Of a DNA stretch of 58,306 nucleotides, positions 25,800 through 35,379 are shown one piece after another. The stretch is taken from the IMG/VR virus record IMGVR_UViG_3300005805_000003, positions 1 through 58,306 of that record; one strand, given 5' to 3'. Below the pieces are notes generated by a model. It ran no database searches. It saw nothing but the letters and a program-made list of their open reading frames with translations, and was not told the DNA's origin. This DNA is from a virus (taxonomy: Duplodnaviria; Caudoviricetes). The translations under genes were made by a program, and so were the position numbers. Positions within the stretch are counted from its first letter, which is position 1, and each line of letters opens with the position of its first letter.

Positions 25800-28160
25800 C
25801 TATTGCGCCGTTGGTTTGGGCGTGGTTATGCGCTCGCGGGCAACTTCAAAGCGCCCCTGAGCGATCTTTTCCTGCGAGGCAATGCGCTCGTCGTTAGCCT
25901 GAGAGCTTTCCTGTATGCGCATCTGCTCGTTCTTCAGCCCCTCTTGCTTGAGCTGTATTTCAGCCTGATCCTTCGCCGCGCGCTGCTGAAGCTCCTGCTC
26001 CTTGAGCGCGATGACCGGGTCAGGTCCGGCTGCACCCTCGCCAGAGAGCGTTGTCTGCATCGCCTTGACGTCCATCAGGTACTGGGCAATGTTGAGCGAG
26101 ATCATCGCCTCACGCTGCATGTCGGAGACCATGCGATCGGGGTCGCTGCCGTACTGACGGAACAGCTCGGCCTCGGCATCTTCTTCTGCCTTCAGCTTGA
26201 CGTGCTCCATAACGTGTTTCTGCAGTTCCACTGCCGCCAGTGGGTTGCCCTGCACCAAGGGTGAGAGACCCATGATCAGGTGCGAAGCGATGTGCGAATC
26301 GTGCTGCTGGCCGGCAAACGCCTTGAGCTGCTTGCCGTCGATCGCATCGATGTTCTCGCTGGCTGGGTCCTTGGGCATCTGATTGGTCTGGGTCTTGAGA
26401 ATGCCGTCGATATCGCGCACGTTCATTGACTGGTAGACGCGGTAGTACGCCTCGTACATGTTGTGCATGTTCGGTGCACTTTGCGCGAGCTGCAGCTGCG
26501 TCTGCGCCAAGGTAATGCGCTGCGCTGCGGAGAATATATTCGGGTCAGCAACCGGCAACACGGCAACTTTGTTGTCAAAGTCGCTTTGCTTAATTAAACG
26601 AGACGCTCCCGGGACATCGTAGGGGTACTCGGGGGGCAAGTACTGACCAAATCCTCGGAAGAGCATCTCAAACTCTTGCGTCTGTGCGTAGTACAGGCGC
26701 TTATGGATGGCGCTCATCACCATCGACCCACGCTCAAGCAACGCAAGGGTGGTGCCCACTGCCGCTTGCTGGTTGGCGTCACCCACCTGCATGTCTGCAA
26801 TGCTGGCAAGGCGACGTCCGGCGTCAACAGTGAAGCTTAAGAGCGCAAACAGGGTCTGACTGGGCTCTTTATAGGGCAGCGGCAGCAGTGATGAGGCCAA
26901 TTCAGCCCCGCCAGCGTCAATATCACGCCATTCACCCGGCTGGATCGGCTTATCATCGTCCGCGATCCGCGCACCCTTTGCCTTAAAGCCCGCAGGCAGG
27001 TTAGACAGCGTGCCGGAGTCCAATAACTGACGAAGCGCAGAGGTTGCGGTCTTAGAAAGGCCACCAATCAGGTGCACAAAGCCCAAACCGTAGGCGCCAA
27101 GGCCAGAAACCAGCATGTAATGCACAAAATACTCAATTCTCAGGTGCAGAGGGTCGTCTTCTGCCCAGTTTCGACGCACACTGATCACTCGACCACTGGT
27201 TTCGTCGGTTGTGACCACATACGGCAGCTTAATACCCGTCGGCTCGCCGTCTTCGTCCACGTCTTCGTAGCCGGGGATGTCCAAATCGACGTGAAACTCC
27301 AGCAACGCGATCTCTTCGGGCTCACCAGCGGACTGCATGCCGGTAATTCGGTCAATGGTGGCGCCAATTTGATCCTGTGTGATGCCAGAACCGTCAGGAG
27401 ACACCTCAATATCGATGTATTCACCCGCATAAACACGCTTTTTGAACTCGTTTGAGTCCATCGCAATGCGGTGCGTGATGCGCCGGCACTCGGAAATCAC
27501 ACTCGAGCCGTGATAGGGGATAAAAAGATCGTCGGCAAGCACTAAACGGCTGACCATACGGCCTAATTGCGCGTCGTAATACACCTTTTTGAAGGTAGAT
27601 CCGCCGTATCCTGTGTAAAACAGCAGCTGATCGAACTCCGGCGTGTATTCTTTCATCACGGCGGTGATCTGATAGTTCATGAAATCCTGTACACGGGCAG
27701 CCTGCTGCACCTTGTCGAGGGTTTCCTTGCCTAATGTTTGCGTCCTGACAGGACCACCCGCTGGCATCAGCTCCTTAAACGATTGCGCTTGGAACTGGAT
27801 GATGGCCTCGGTCAGCATTGGATGCACCACGCCCGACGCGCCACGGAACGGCTGCGTGCGATCTTCCATCTTAAGTCCCAGCAGGTCCAAACCCTTGGCG
27901 TACATCTCCTCCCACTGCCCGCGAGAGCTCTTGTCCGCGTCGAACAGCGCCTGCAGGTTGATGGAGATGTGCCCAAGATCCTGCGGATCGATGCTGTCTG
28001 CAAGGTTATCGTAAAAACCCAGCTCCTCATCGTCCATGCCGATCTCAATCAGAGCACTGCCGTCATCCTCAATGGTGATCTCAATGTCCTGACCGTCGTC
28101 TTCATCAAATTCAATGATGTCGGAGTTCGGAGCTAAGTTTACGACCTTGTCTATTGGCAT
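25800..28160 (-). CDS. Portal protein
   Basis: 786 aa; SR..WE..Y..GL.LLG, HP.L.EA..QFQA, DFMNY, GS.FKKVYYD, RQLLD.GTL.NLP.GFK, PV.DPN..S..QR. Confidence 0.9.
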   Translation of the reverse strand: MPIDKVVNLAPNSDIIEFDEDDGQDIEITIEDDGSALIEIGMDDEELGFYDNLADSIDPQDLGHISINLQALFDADKSSRGQWEEMYAKGLDLLGLKMEDRTQPFRGASGVVHPMLTEAIIQFQAQSFKELMPAGGPVRTQTLGKETLDKVQQAARVQDFMNYQITAVMKEYTPEFDQLLFYTGYGGSTFKKVYYDAQLGRMVSRLVLADDLFIPYHGSSVISECRRITHRIAMDSNEFKKRVYAGEYIDIEVSPDGSGITQDQIGATIDRITGMQSAGEPEEIALLEFHVDLDIPGYEDVDEDGEPTGIKLPYVVTTDETSGRVISVRRNWAEDDPLHLRIEYFVHYMLVSGLGAYGLGFVHLIGGLSKTATSALRQLLDSGTLSNLPAGFKAKGARIADDDKPIQPGEWRDIDAGGAELASSLLPLPYKEPSQTLFALLSFTVDAGRRLASIADMQVGDANQQAAVGTTLALLERGSMVMSAIHKRLYYAQTQEFEMLFRGFGQYLPPEYPYDVPGASRLIKQSDFDNKVAVLPVADPNIFSAAQRITLAQTQLQLAQSAPNMHNMYEAYYRVYQSMNVRDIDGILKTQTNQMPKDPASENIDAIDGKQLKAFAGQQHDSHIASHLIMGLSPLVQGNPLAAVELQKHVMEHVKLKAEEDAEAELFRQYGSDPDRMVSDMQREAMISLNIAQYLMDVKAMQTTLSGEGAAGPDPVIALKEQELQQRAAKDQAEIQLKQEGLKNEQMRIQESSQANDERIASQEKIAQGRFEVARERITTPKPTAQ

Positions 28161-28174
28161 TTTTTATCCTAGAG

Positions 28175-31100
28175 CTATTTGCTTTTTCCAATGAGATTAT
28201 CCAGCATGCGGCGCGAGGAGGTTACTGAGCCGCCTTTGGACATGCCTTCTGGTTTTTTGCGCTGGGAACCGCTTGTGGCGTATGCAACAGGCTTGCCGGT
28301 ATCGTCGTCGTAGAACATCGCGCCGCCACGGTGGAAAACATCACTTGGCTCATCGCGCTCGGACACGGCTGACGGAAGGCCATATTGTCGCCGGAATTGC
28401 AGGTACTCTTCAGGGGTCGTTATCTGCTTTACATCATCCCAGCGATAGCCGGATTCCTCGACAAAGCTTTTTGCACGGTCAATGCCGAGTTGCTCGTTTA
28501 CCGGGCGGCTGGTTTTGGAAGGGCTATTTATGCCTTCTTGGGGGCTTGCGCGGGCCGCTTGACCGACCCTGTCAGGTACAAGTTTTGAAAGCTCTTCCCT
28601 TGCGCTTCCGACATTATTTGGTTGCGAACCATTTGTGCCAAGGGTGAGCTCTCCCCCGATCTCTGAATTATTCTTTGGAGCCGTGCTTCTAAGGTATTCA
28701 TCGTACCCATCCCTAAAAAATACTTGTGTGTCTTGGTAAGTTAGCCGCGCATCTGAGACGTTGCCTTCAGATAGCAGCTCTTCAACAACTTGGTCATACA
28801 AATCTTCTTTCTGTGCGTAAATCTCATCCCTCTTCGCCGGATCAAAGGATCTGTCAAATTCTGGCACGTATTGAAAGCGCAGTCCAGTCAGTGATGCAGT
28901 CTCTGGATCTCCTGAGCGGGATTGTCGGTTTGCTTTATCACTAAATCGCGTGTCAGTTATAGTAGTAAAACCATCTATGCCTTTATCGCGCAGCCTTTGC
29001 GTAAGAGCTTCCAATGTCTTCAGAGGTACAGCTTTTCTAAAGTATATCTCAACTCCCGGCCTTGCATTAGGGGCAGACGCATCGACAGATTTAGATATGA
29101 ACACAGCATCCTGATCGTAAAATTTACCCTGCTCAACCAGCCTTCGAGTTAATGCGTCTGGATTAAAATCTTCTCCTACAATAATTTCAGCGTTTAGCGA
29201 CCTTTCCTTTTCCCCGGCAAAAAGCCCATATCCGTTGGCAAGACCGTACCCACGCACAGACTGATTATTGCGAAGCACATCATCAATCTCAGCAGCAAGC
29301 TCAGCCTGTTCGTAGTTGCTCATAAGCTTGTCTGGCACTCCCTCGCGGCCACGTATCTCCCCAGAGACCCCAAGTGTGTACCGCTGAAGAGGAGCCTCAA
29401 GAGCCCGAAGCTCTATGCCTGCCAGCTCCTGTCGGTTGTCATAGACGCGCCTTGCTTGAGCCACTCTCTCTGCATATTCTGCATCTGTTTCTTTTTTTCT
29501 TTTATTTGGGGCTTTAAAGCCTGCATTAATTTCTCGGCGCAAATCATCAATGCGAACTTGATCTGCGCCTCCAGCTAGGGACATTTCGTACTCAAGCGAT
29601 CCGCCCTCACCGGCTTTTGTTGTCCAGCCGTTTTTAGTCCACAGCTCCTTTTCCATAAACCAAGCAACTGCCTGCAGATCGTCTGGTCCAAGATCACCCA
29701 TCTCAGGAATAACAGACTTTACACCACCAGCGGCGTTAATCCTGTCTGCGGCGCTTCTGAACACATCTTGCCCAAAACCAAACTCTCCACCAACGCGAGG
29801 ATTTTCAAGGCTTGAGTCTTTTAGGTGTTTTCCAGTTACAGCTTTTTCAGCCACAGGAGGTACTCGTGACTGGCCTGAAAGCCGGCGAAGGAAGCGCCCG
29901 GCCCAGACATCTATTGTTGCTTCGTTAGTAAGCCCAATTAGGTTGCCGGTGAAGTTTGGCGTTTTGGGCGCGCTGCCCATTTTTACGGACCTAAACATGC
30001 CCAACAAAGCGCCCATCGAGGACGGGCTGTTTGTATTAAAAAGCTTACCAGATGAGCTGGTAATTAACGGAAATTCTCCTGCGTTGTGCAGGGCAGTTAA
30101 CGCCTTGCCGTCTACGGGCAGCCCCTGTTTTATTCTGTTCTCATAAGCCTGCAGTTCTCCATCAAAATCACCACGACTATATCTGCGAAGTATCTCAGTG
30201 GCGTTTCTAAAATTCTGCTCTACATTTGTCTGGGCGCTTGTTGTGCCGAGCACATCAGCAAAAACATCACCAATACCACCAAATTCAGATCTCAGCTGGT
30301 CTCGCATCGTGCGATACCAATTAGCCTGCCTGAGTATATTTACTGCTGCCTGATCGCCTGATCTGGCGCGCTCTACTACGCCGTCCACTTCTCTGACTAA
30401 ATTGTCAGAAAGACTATTTGCCCATGCTTCCTTTTCCATTCCTGCTGGAGGTTTTTCAAACCCATACGGAATGTCTTTAAAATCAGGCTTGCCTTTTTTC
30501 ATGCCAACAGCCTGAATTGGCGCCCAGCCATTTTCTGGCAAATAATTGCCCTTAATTCTGCGCGCCTCTGTCTTTAACTTTCTTCGCGTATTTCTATTTT
30601 TAACCGCCTTGTCTATTGCTTGCGTCTCTTCTCTGGCTAGTCTGATAGGAGATGCATCAGCTGCATTTTCCAACTCATCCAACATCGAAGCAGCCGACCC
30701 AGCAGGCGGCTCGTCCCCAGTAGGCGCATCAATCCTGCTCATGGGCGGCACGTCAAACGGACTGGCACCACCCATGCTGCCAACAGTGCTGGCGAACAGC
30801 TCGGCTGCTGTTGATCCGGGTGCAAGCCCGCGTGCAGCTGCAGCGGCTGCCTCTCCTCCAAAATACGCCCCAGCTTCGCGGCCAAGGTTAGGGAACATGG
30901 ACGAAAGCTGACGCGCCGCTGACGGGGAACCGGTTGGGGATAGCATCGCGCCGGGTAGGGCTCTCGTTGTTGCTGCCGCCGCGCGTCCAGCGGTAGCAAA
31001 CGGAAGGATGGATGCTCCAAGGCCGCCAACGCTGTACGGGTTGTAGTCTTCAACGCCCAGTGCTTCTCGCACGCGCGGAGCTGCTGGTGTGAACTCACCA

Positions 31101-32689
31101 GCATCAAGGCCGGCCCTGTTACCCAAGTACCGCGCACCCATCTGCGCAAGGTCACCAAGGCCGACGGTCATGTCAACCGCTGCGCCAACGGCTGGCTTGG
31201 AAACCGTTTCGTAGAAGCCTTGATTTAAAAATCTGCCCGCATCCTTAAGGCGGTCCAGCATGGAGCGGCTTTCCGTTTGCTCAATCTCTGGCTCAGGCGT
31301 GCGCAGAAGATCATCAGCACTGACCGACGCGTCCTCCCGAATATACAGCGGGTCATTCGGGCTCAGCGGAGTTCGCGCGCTGACATCTCCGCCAGCTTGA
31401 AAACGAGGCAGCTGATCCCTTGCTGACCCATCAGACTTTTTTACGGCGCCGCCTTTGCTAAACAAATAACCACCGTATACAGGCGCTTCAACCTCAACAT
31501 CCGTGCCGGTCATGCCGTCAGTAACCGTTATTTTTTCGGGCGTTGTCTCGCGGGGCGCAGGCAAGCCAGCAAGGTACTTCTGAAGGTTCTGCGCCTCGGT
31601 TGTCTTGGGATCAAATACCGCGAGAGGGTCTGATGGAGTAAGGGGGTCGGCCCCAAAAAACCCAGACATTACCATGTTGCGCAGTTGATTATAATTTCTA
31701 ATGTCGTTAAGCGCGGGTATCGATTGCCGCAGCTTGCGAAGGTTGTTGTCAATCAGCTGTCGGTTCTGCGCAAAACGCTGCGAAGCGGACGTCAACCCGC
31801 CGTAGGCTTGAATCTCTCTTGGGCTCAACAGAGAACGCGGACGCGTGGTAATGCTCGGCGGCGTGAACGTAAAGCCGGAACCCGTCGCCGGTCGAAGCTT
31901 CGCGGCGGGAGAGTAGTCGAACTGACCCGGCATGCCGGGGATCGCCGTTCGCGGAGAGCTCTCCCTGAACGCCGTGTCCAGAGCCGGCTGCCCCGCAGCA
32001 AACATGTCAGGCTGTGGCGTGATCGGCTGGTACACCGTTATCGGCGTGTAGGGCACGGGATCTGGGAACGGCGGAGGAGGCGGAGCAGCCTGCGGACGGG
32101 TGAAGAGCACGTTCGGGTCAACGCCAGCCTTGAGCAGGTCATCGAACGAGTAGCCCCGCTCGGTCGCGTACTCCAGCATCTGCGCACGCTCGCCCGCATC
32201 GATACCGCCCTGCTGCAGGTTGGCAATGTAATCACGACCCTGCTTGTCCAAGATGGCGCGGCCATCCTGACCGAGTGCTGTCAACCGCTGCGACTCAAAG
32301 GCCAGATCGGGACTACGCTCATACGCAGAGGTCATGCCGGTGGGCGTTACAAACTGCGACTGAGGGATAAGCGGCATCTTCACCGAAAAGATCTTGTTCA
32401 GCACCTCATCCGCAACGCCTGCATTACGCAGGTCAGAGGTGCTGATGCCCGACTCGATCATCAGGTTGTACGCATCAACGCCCGTCGGCGCATTCGGATT
32501 GGCAAGGTAGGCCGCCGCATCCTTACGCAAATTAGCGTAGTAGTCGTCAACCGTCTGCTGACCACCTGTCCCCATCGCCTTGCGGTAAGCCGCCGACACG
32601 CCCGGCGCGGTGTCCACCGTACCACCTTCCGCCATCCGCATCGGAAGCCGTAACAACATCTCTCGCGCAGTCAAATTGGGCATAGCCAC
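28175..32689 (-). CDS. 1504-aa multidomain (polyvalent-type) probable internal virion protein
   Basis: Between TerL and portal; modules separated by xxxGG and SxRxMLDxL motifs; contains glycosylase-like and SAM-lyase-like segments. Confidence 0.7.
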   Translation of the reverse strand: MAMPNLTAREMLLRLPMRMAEGGTVDTAPGVSAAYRKAMGTGGQQTVDDYYANLRKDAAAYLANPNAPTGVDAYNLMIESGISTSDLRNAGVADEVLNKIFSVKMPLIPQSQFVTPTGMTSAYERSPDLAFESQRLTALGQDGRAILDKQGRDYIANLQQGGIDAGERAQMLEYATERGYSFDDLLKAGVDPNVLFTRPQAAPPPPPFPDPVPYTPITVYQPITPQPDMFAAGQPALDTAFRESSPRTAIPGMPGQFDYSPAAKLRPATGSGFTFTPPSITTRPRSLLSPREIQAYGGLTSASQRFAQNRQLIDNNLRKLRQSIPALNDIRNYNQLRNMVMSGFFGADPLTPSDPLAVFDPKTTEAQNLQKYLAGLPAPRETTPEKITVTDGMTGTDVEVEAPVYGGYLFSKGGAVKKSDGSARDQLPRFQAGGDVSARTPLSPNDPLYIREDASVSADDLLRTPEPEIEQTESRSMLDRLKDAGRFLNQGFYETVSKPAVGAAVDMTVGLGDLAQMGARYLGNRAGLDAGEFTPAAPRVREALGVEDYNPYSVGGLGASILPFATAGRAAAATTRALPGAMLSPTGSPSAARQLSSMFPNLGREAGAYFGGEAAAAAARGLAPGSTAAELFASTVGSMGGASPFDVPPMSRIDAPTGDEPPAGSAASMLDELENAADASPIRLAREETQAIDKAVKNRNTRRKLKTEARRIKGNYLPENGWAPIQAVGMKKGKPDFKDIPYGFEKPPAGMEKEAWANSLSDNLVREVDGVVERARSGDQAAVNILRQANWYRTMRDQLRSEFGGIGDVFADVLGTTSAQTNVEQNFRNATEILRRYSRGDFDGELQAYENRIKQGLPVDGKALTALHNAGEFPLITSSSGKLFNTNSPSSMGALLGMFRSVKMGSAPKTPNFTGNLIGLTNEATIDVWAGRFLRRLSGQSRVPPVAEKAVTGKHLKDSSLENPRVGGEFGFGQDVFRSAADRINAAGGVKSVIPEMGDLGPDDLQAVAWFMEKELWTKNGWTTKAGEGGSLEYEMSLAGGADQVRIDDLRREINAGFKAPNKRKKETDAEYAERVAQARRVYDNRQELAGIELRALEAPLQRYTLGVSGEIRGREGVPDKLMSNYEQAELAAEIDDVLRNNQSVRGYGLANGYGLFAGEKERSLNAEIIVGEDFNPDALTRRLVEQGKFYDQDAVFISKSVDASAPNARPGVEIYFRKAVPLKTLEALTQRLRDKGIDGFTTITDTRFSDKANRQSRSGDPETASLTGLRFQYVPEFDRSFDPAKRDEIYAQKEDLYDQVVEELLSEGNVSDARLTYQDTQVFFRDGYDEYLRSTAPKNNSEIGGELTLGTNGSQPNNVGSAREELSKLVPDRVGQAARASPQEGINSPSKTSRPVNEQLGIDRAKSFVEESGYRWDDVKQITTPEEYLQFRRQYGLPSAVSERDEPSDVFHRGGAMFYDDDTGKPVAYATSGSQRKKPEGMSKGGSVTSSRRMLDNLIGKSK

Positions 32690-32720
32690 ACCGCCTCAGC
32701 AAAATTTACGACATTCTAGC

Positions 32721-34196
32721 CTAATAATACTCCGGCACAAGCGATTCGTCACCCGCTTCGTCTTCTTCGTCCGACTGCAACGAAATAAAGTTCCCAGCGC
32801 GAAACCGCATCAGCGCCTGCGTCGTGCTGTCAACGATATCATCATTGTCGCCATTGGGGAACGACGCACACTCCTCAATCACCTCCTGAGCAAAGTGATC
32901 CTCAGTTGCCCAGATCATGCCCGACTCGAACATCGGCGCAACCGCATTGGCGCGCGAGACCTTGTCGTGACCCGCACGGCGCCCGCCCGGGCTGTACATC
33001 GTTACCGGAATCCCCATTCGGCGAAGCTCCTGCTGCAGCGTCGTGCCCGTCGCCTTCGCCTCAATGAGGACATTGTCCGGCTGCCAGTAGGTGTAGAGAT
33101 CCTTCGCGATGCGCTTCAAGTCTGGAAAGTCCCAGCGACCCTTGCGCATGTCCATTAGAATCAGATTCGCACCCGCATCCTCCGTCGGGTAAAACACCCC
33201 CCACGTCGTGATCACCGAGTAGTCCGCCGTCTCCTTCTTCGAGTACGCCGTGTCATACGACTGGATAATGTACTCAACCGACGGCAACGAATCCCGCTTC
33301 CAGATCCGCCACCACTCGCGCTTCAGGATCGCACCCTCGTCCGCCGTCGGACGCTGCTGGTACATCGCGTTCCAACGCTGCACCCCAAGCTGCGCTCGCA
33401 CCGCCTGAAGCTCCTCAAGCTTCCAGAACGACGGCCACAGCGGACGCTCCTTCGGCGTACCCTCATCAAAGATCGCCGGAAACTCAATCACCTCCCACTT
33501 GTCGGAGCCAAACGAGTTCTGACTCTTGATCAGCCGCGCACTGAGATCCTTCGTTCCCCAGCGGGTCATGATCACAACAACCGCCCCGCCCGGCTGCAAA
33601 CGCGAGCGCGGACCGGAGCTGTACCACTCCCACGCATTGTCCAGCGCCAGCGACGACATCGCATCCTGCTCAGAGTGCGGATCGTCTATGATCAACAGAT
33701 CCGCGCCTCGTCCCGTCATCGCGCCGCCTACACCTACTGCAAAGTACTCACCACCCTTGCTCGTCTCCCAGCGACCCGCCGCCTTGGAATCCGCCTGCAG
33801 CTCCACGCCCTCAAACAGATCCTTGTAGTTCTGCGTGTCCATGAGGTTACGCACCTTGCGGCCAAAGCGCACCGCGAGCTCACCCGTGTGCGTCGCCTGA
33901 ATAATCTTCAGGTCAGGCTTGCGACCCATCGCATACGCCGGCAACAGGTACGAGCCAAACTCACTCTTCGTGTGACGAGGCGGCATGTTGATAATCAACC
34001 GCTTCAGGTCACCACTGATGATCCGGTCAAACGCATCCGCCATCTTCGAGTGATGCGCCGAGAAAATAGCCTCCGGCCATGCGTAGCGCGCAAAGTCCAG
34101 AAACTTAGCCTTGCTCTTCTCCCGACGGTCCAACAGCGCCAGACGAAGCTCAAGGCGAAGCCGCTGCGCCTCGACTTCATTGGGATCCATGTGCAT
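32721..34196 (-). CDS. terL: Terminase large subunit
   Basis: PPRHTKS (Walker A), LIIDDP (Walker B), MTRW, YQQ.P, SYDTA and DDIVDSTTQA nuclease motifs. Confidence 0.95.
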   Translation of the reverse strand: MHMDPNEVEAQRLRLELRLALLDRREKSKAKFLDFARYAWPEAIFSAHHSKMADAFDRIISGDLKRLIINMPPRHTKSEFGSYLLPAYAMGRKPDLKIIQATHTGELAVRFGRKVRNLMDTQNYKDLFEGVELQADSKAAGRWETSKGGEYFAVGVGGAMTGRGADLLIIDDPHSEQDAMSSLALDNAWEWYSSGPRSRLQPGGAVVVIMTRWGTKDLSARLIKSQNSFGSDKWEVIEFPAIFDEGTPKERPLWPSFWKLEELQAVRAQLGVQRWNAMYQQRPTADEGAILKREWWRIWKRDSLPSVEYIIQSYDTAYSKKETADYSVITTWGVFYPTEDAGANLILMDMRKGRWDFPDLKRIAKDLYTYWQPDNVLIEAKATGTTLQQELRRMGIPVTMYSPGGRRAGHDKVSRANAVAPMFESGMIWATEDHFAQEVIEECASFPNGDNDDIVDSTTQALMRFRAGNFISLQSDEEDEAGDESLVPEYY

Positions 34197-34422
34197 AACG
34201 CCACCTTTTCAAAATTTGCAAAAAATTTTTGGGCAAATCAATTTCGGAACACATGGGGGGGTATTTAACCATATCGCGGTAGAAAATACTTTTGGCCGTG
34301 AGATTCACCGTGCGAAAGCCAGCTAAAGCGGCGGGGTCGCGCACGCCGGCCCGTCGCGGCGGTCGCTCGATCGATCCGACCCGGCGGCCAAACGAATCGG
34401 CGCTAGGGTACCTTGCGGATTT

Positions 34423-34480
34423 GCTATTTCCGGTAATAACAATTACCGGAAATAGCGATGTCAATGAAATCAAGCACTTA
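34423..34480. promoter_or_regulatory. Perfect 15-bp inverted repeat plus IHF-consensus site in the non-coding region upstream of terL (candidate packaging/terminus region)
   Basis: gctatttccggtaat-aaca-attaccggaaatagc (34423-34456); aatcaagcactta (34468-34480) matches WATCAANNNNTTR. Confidence 0.5.
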
Positions 34481-34560
34481 GCTATTTCAGGGCGCATCAG
34501 TATGCGCAAAACACTACATCTTGTGTTTTGGGGTGCCGAAAATGCGCGGCTGGGGCTAAG

Positions 34561-34592
34561 TCGGGACCAAGCGGGACCAACCGGGATCAAGT
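34561..34592 (+). repeat. Three tandem copies of a 10-bp unit (nCGGGAYCAA)
   Basis: tcgggaccaa gcgggaccaa ccgggatcaa. Confidence 0.7.
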
Positions 34593-34784
34593 CGGGGCGA
34601 CCCGGTCATGACGGTTGGTCGAGGGAAATTCCTCGGTTTTTCGGGCACTTGGCATTGGCCGAGGGGGCTAATCCCAGTTCCCGACCCATTCATGTCCAAA
34701 TAGCCACATCGCCTGTCAACATTGTCATATTCACCAGATCAATATTATATTCAAAGCATTATACGTTTAGTGAATGGCATTGTT

Positions 34785-35096
34785 TCAGGCATCTTTAGAC
34801 GTGTCGGCAATCACACTGGATTTAAACATATCGTCCAGCTGCTCGATCGCCCAAGGCTTGTGCTCTACCATCGCCTTATAGTCCTTGCCATTAGCAAACC
34901 TTTCGCCATTCCATGACAGCCAGTAGTTAGCCTTATCTTTAACTTTTTTGGTTGAACAAACCTTAACCATTCTCCACCCATTGTTCCAAGGCTTAACAAA
35001 AACCGAAAAGTTAAAACTGTCCTTTTGTATTGCTCCACAACTCTCCCATCCCTCATCAGGTGATGGGGAGTTACCATTAAACATCCTTCCTGCCAT
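34785..35096 (-). CDS. Hypothetical protein
   Basis: 103 aa, RBS GGAG, KANYWLSWNGERFA motif. Confidence 0.65.
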   Translation of the reverse strand: MAGRMFNGNSPSPDEGWESCGAIQKDSFNFSVFVKPWNNGWRMVKVCSTKKVKDKANYWLSWNGERFANGKDYKAMVEHKPWAIEQLDDMFKSSVIADTSKDA

Positions 35097-35139
35097 TTTT
35101 TACTCCAAAGTTAATAACGAAGATAAAATTAAAACTGTG

Positions 35140-35375
35140 TGCAACCAAAATCAAAACTCAGTTTCAATATTTAACTGGTTTCAATGTTTAACTGGTTTTA
35201 TATCCAGCGCTGAAATCAGCTCTAAAAAACCAAATAAACCGCCCGCATCGCAAAGGGTACAAGAGGGTATTCCCCCCTAAGGGGAATAACCCTATCCCTT
35301 GTACCCCTGTTTGCGCTGTTTGCCAAGGGTACACTGTACCCCGTTGTACCCCTGTTGTACCCCTGTACCCTGTAT
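35140..35375. other. Candidate replication origin (iterons, palindrome, AT-rich tract)
   Basis: TGTACCC at 35300, 35335, 35345, 35356, 35364; inverted GGGTACA at 35255, 35327; palindrome tattcccc/ggggaata; adjacent AT-rich tract; immediately downstream of the primase-helicase. Confidence 0.6.
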
Positions 35376-35379
35376 ATAT

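Noticed and set aside
31685-32653. 322-aa plus-strand ORF (likewise 15976-16752, 54966-55829, 51989-52627)
   Set aside because: Antisense shadows of GC-rich real genes; no recognisable motifs
34561-34600. Mini CRISPR array
   Set aside because: 10-bp tandem units with no spacers
34177-34798. ORFs upstream of terL as TerS
   Set aside because: No TerS features, they overlap palindromes and repeats, and a better TerS lies at 43145
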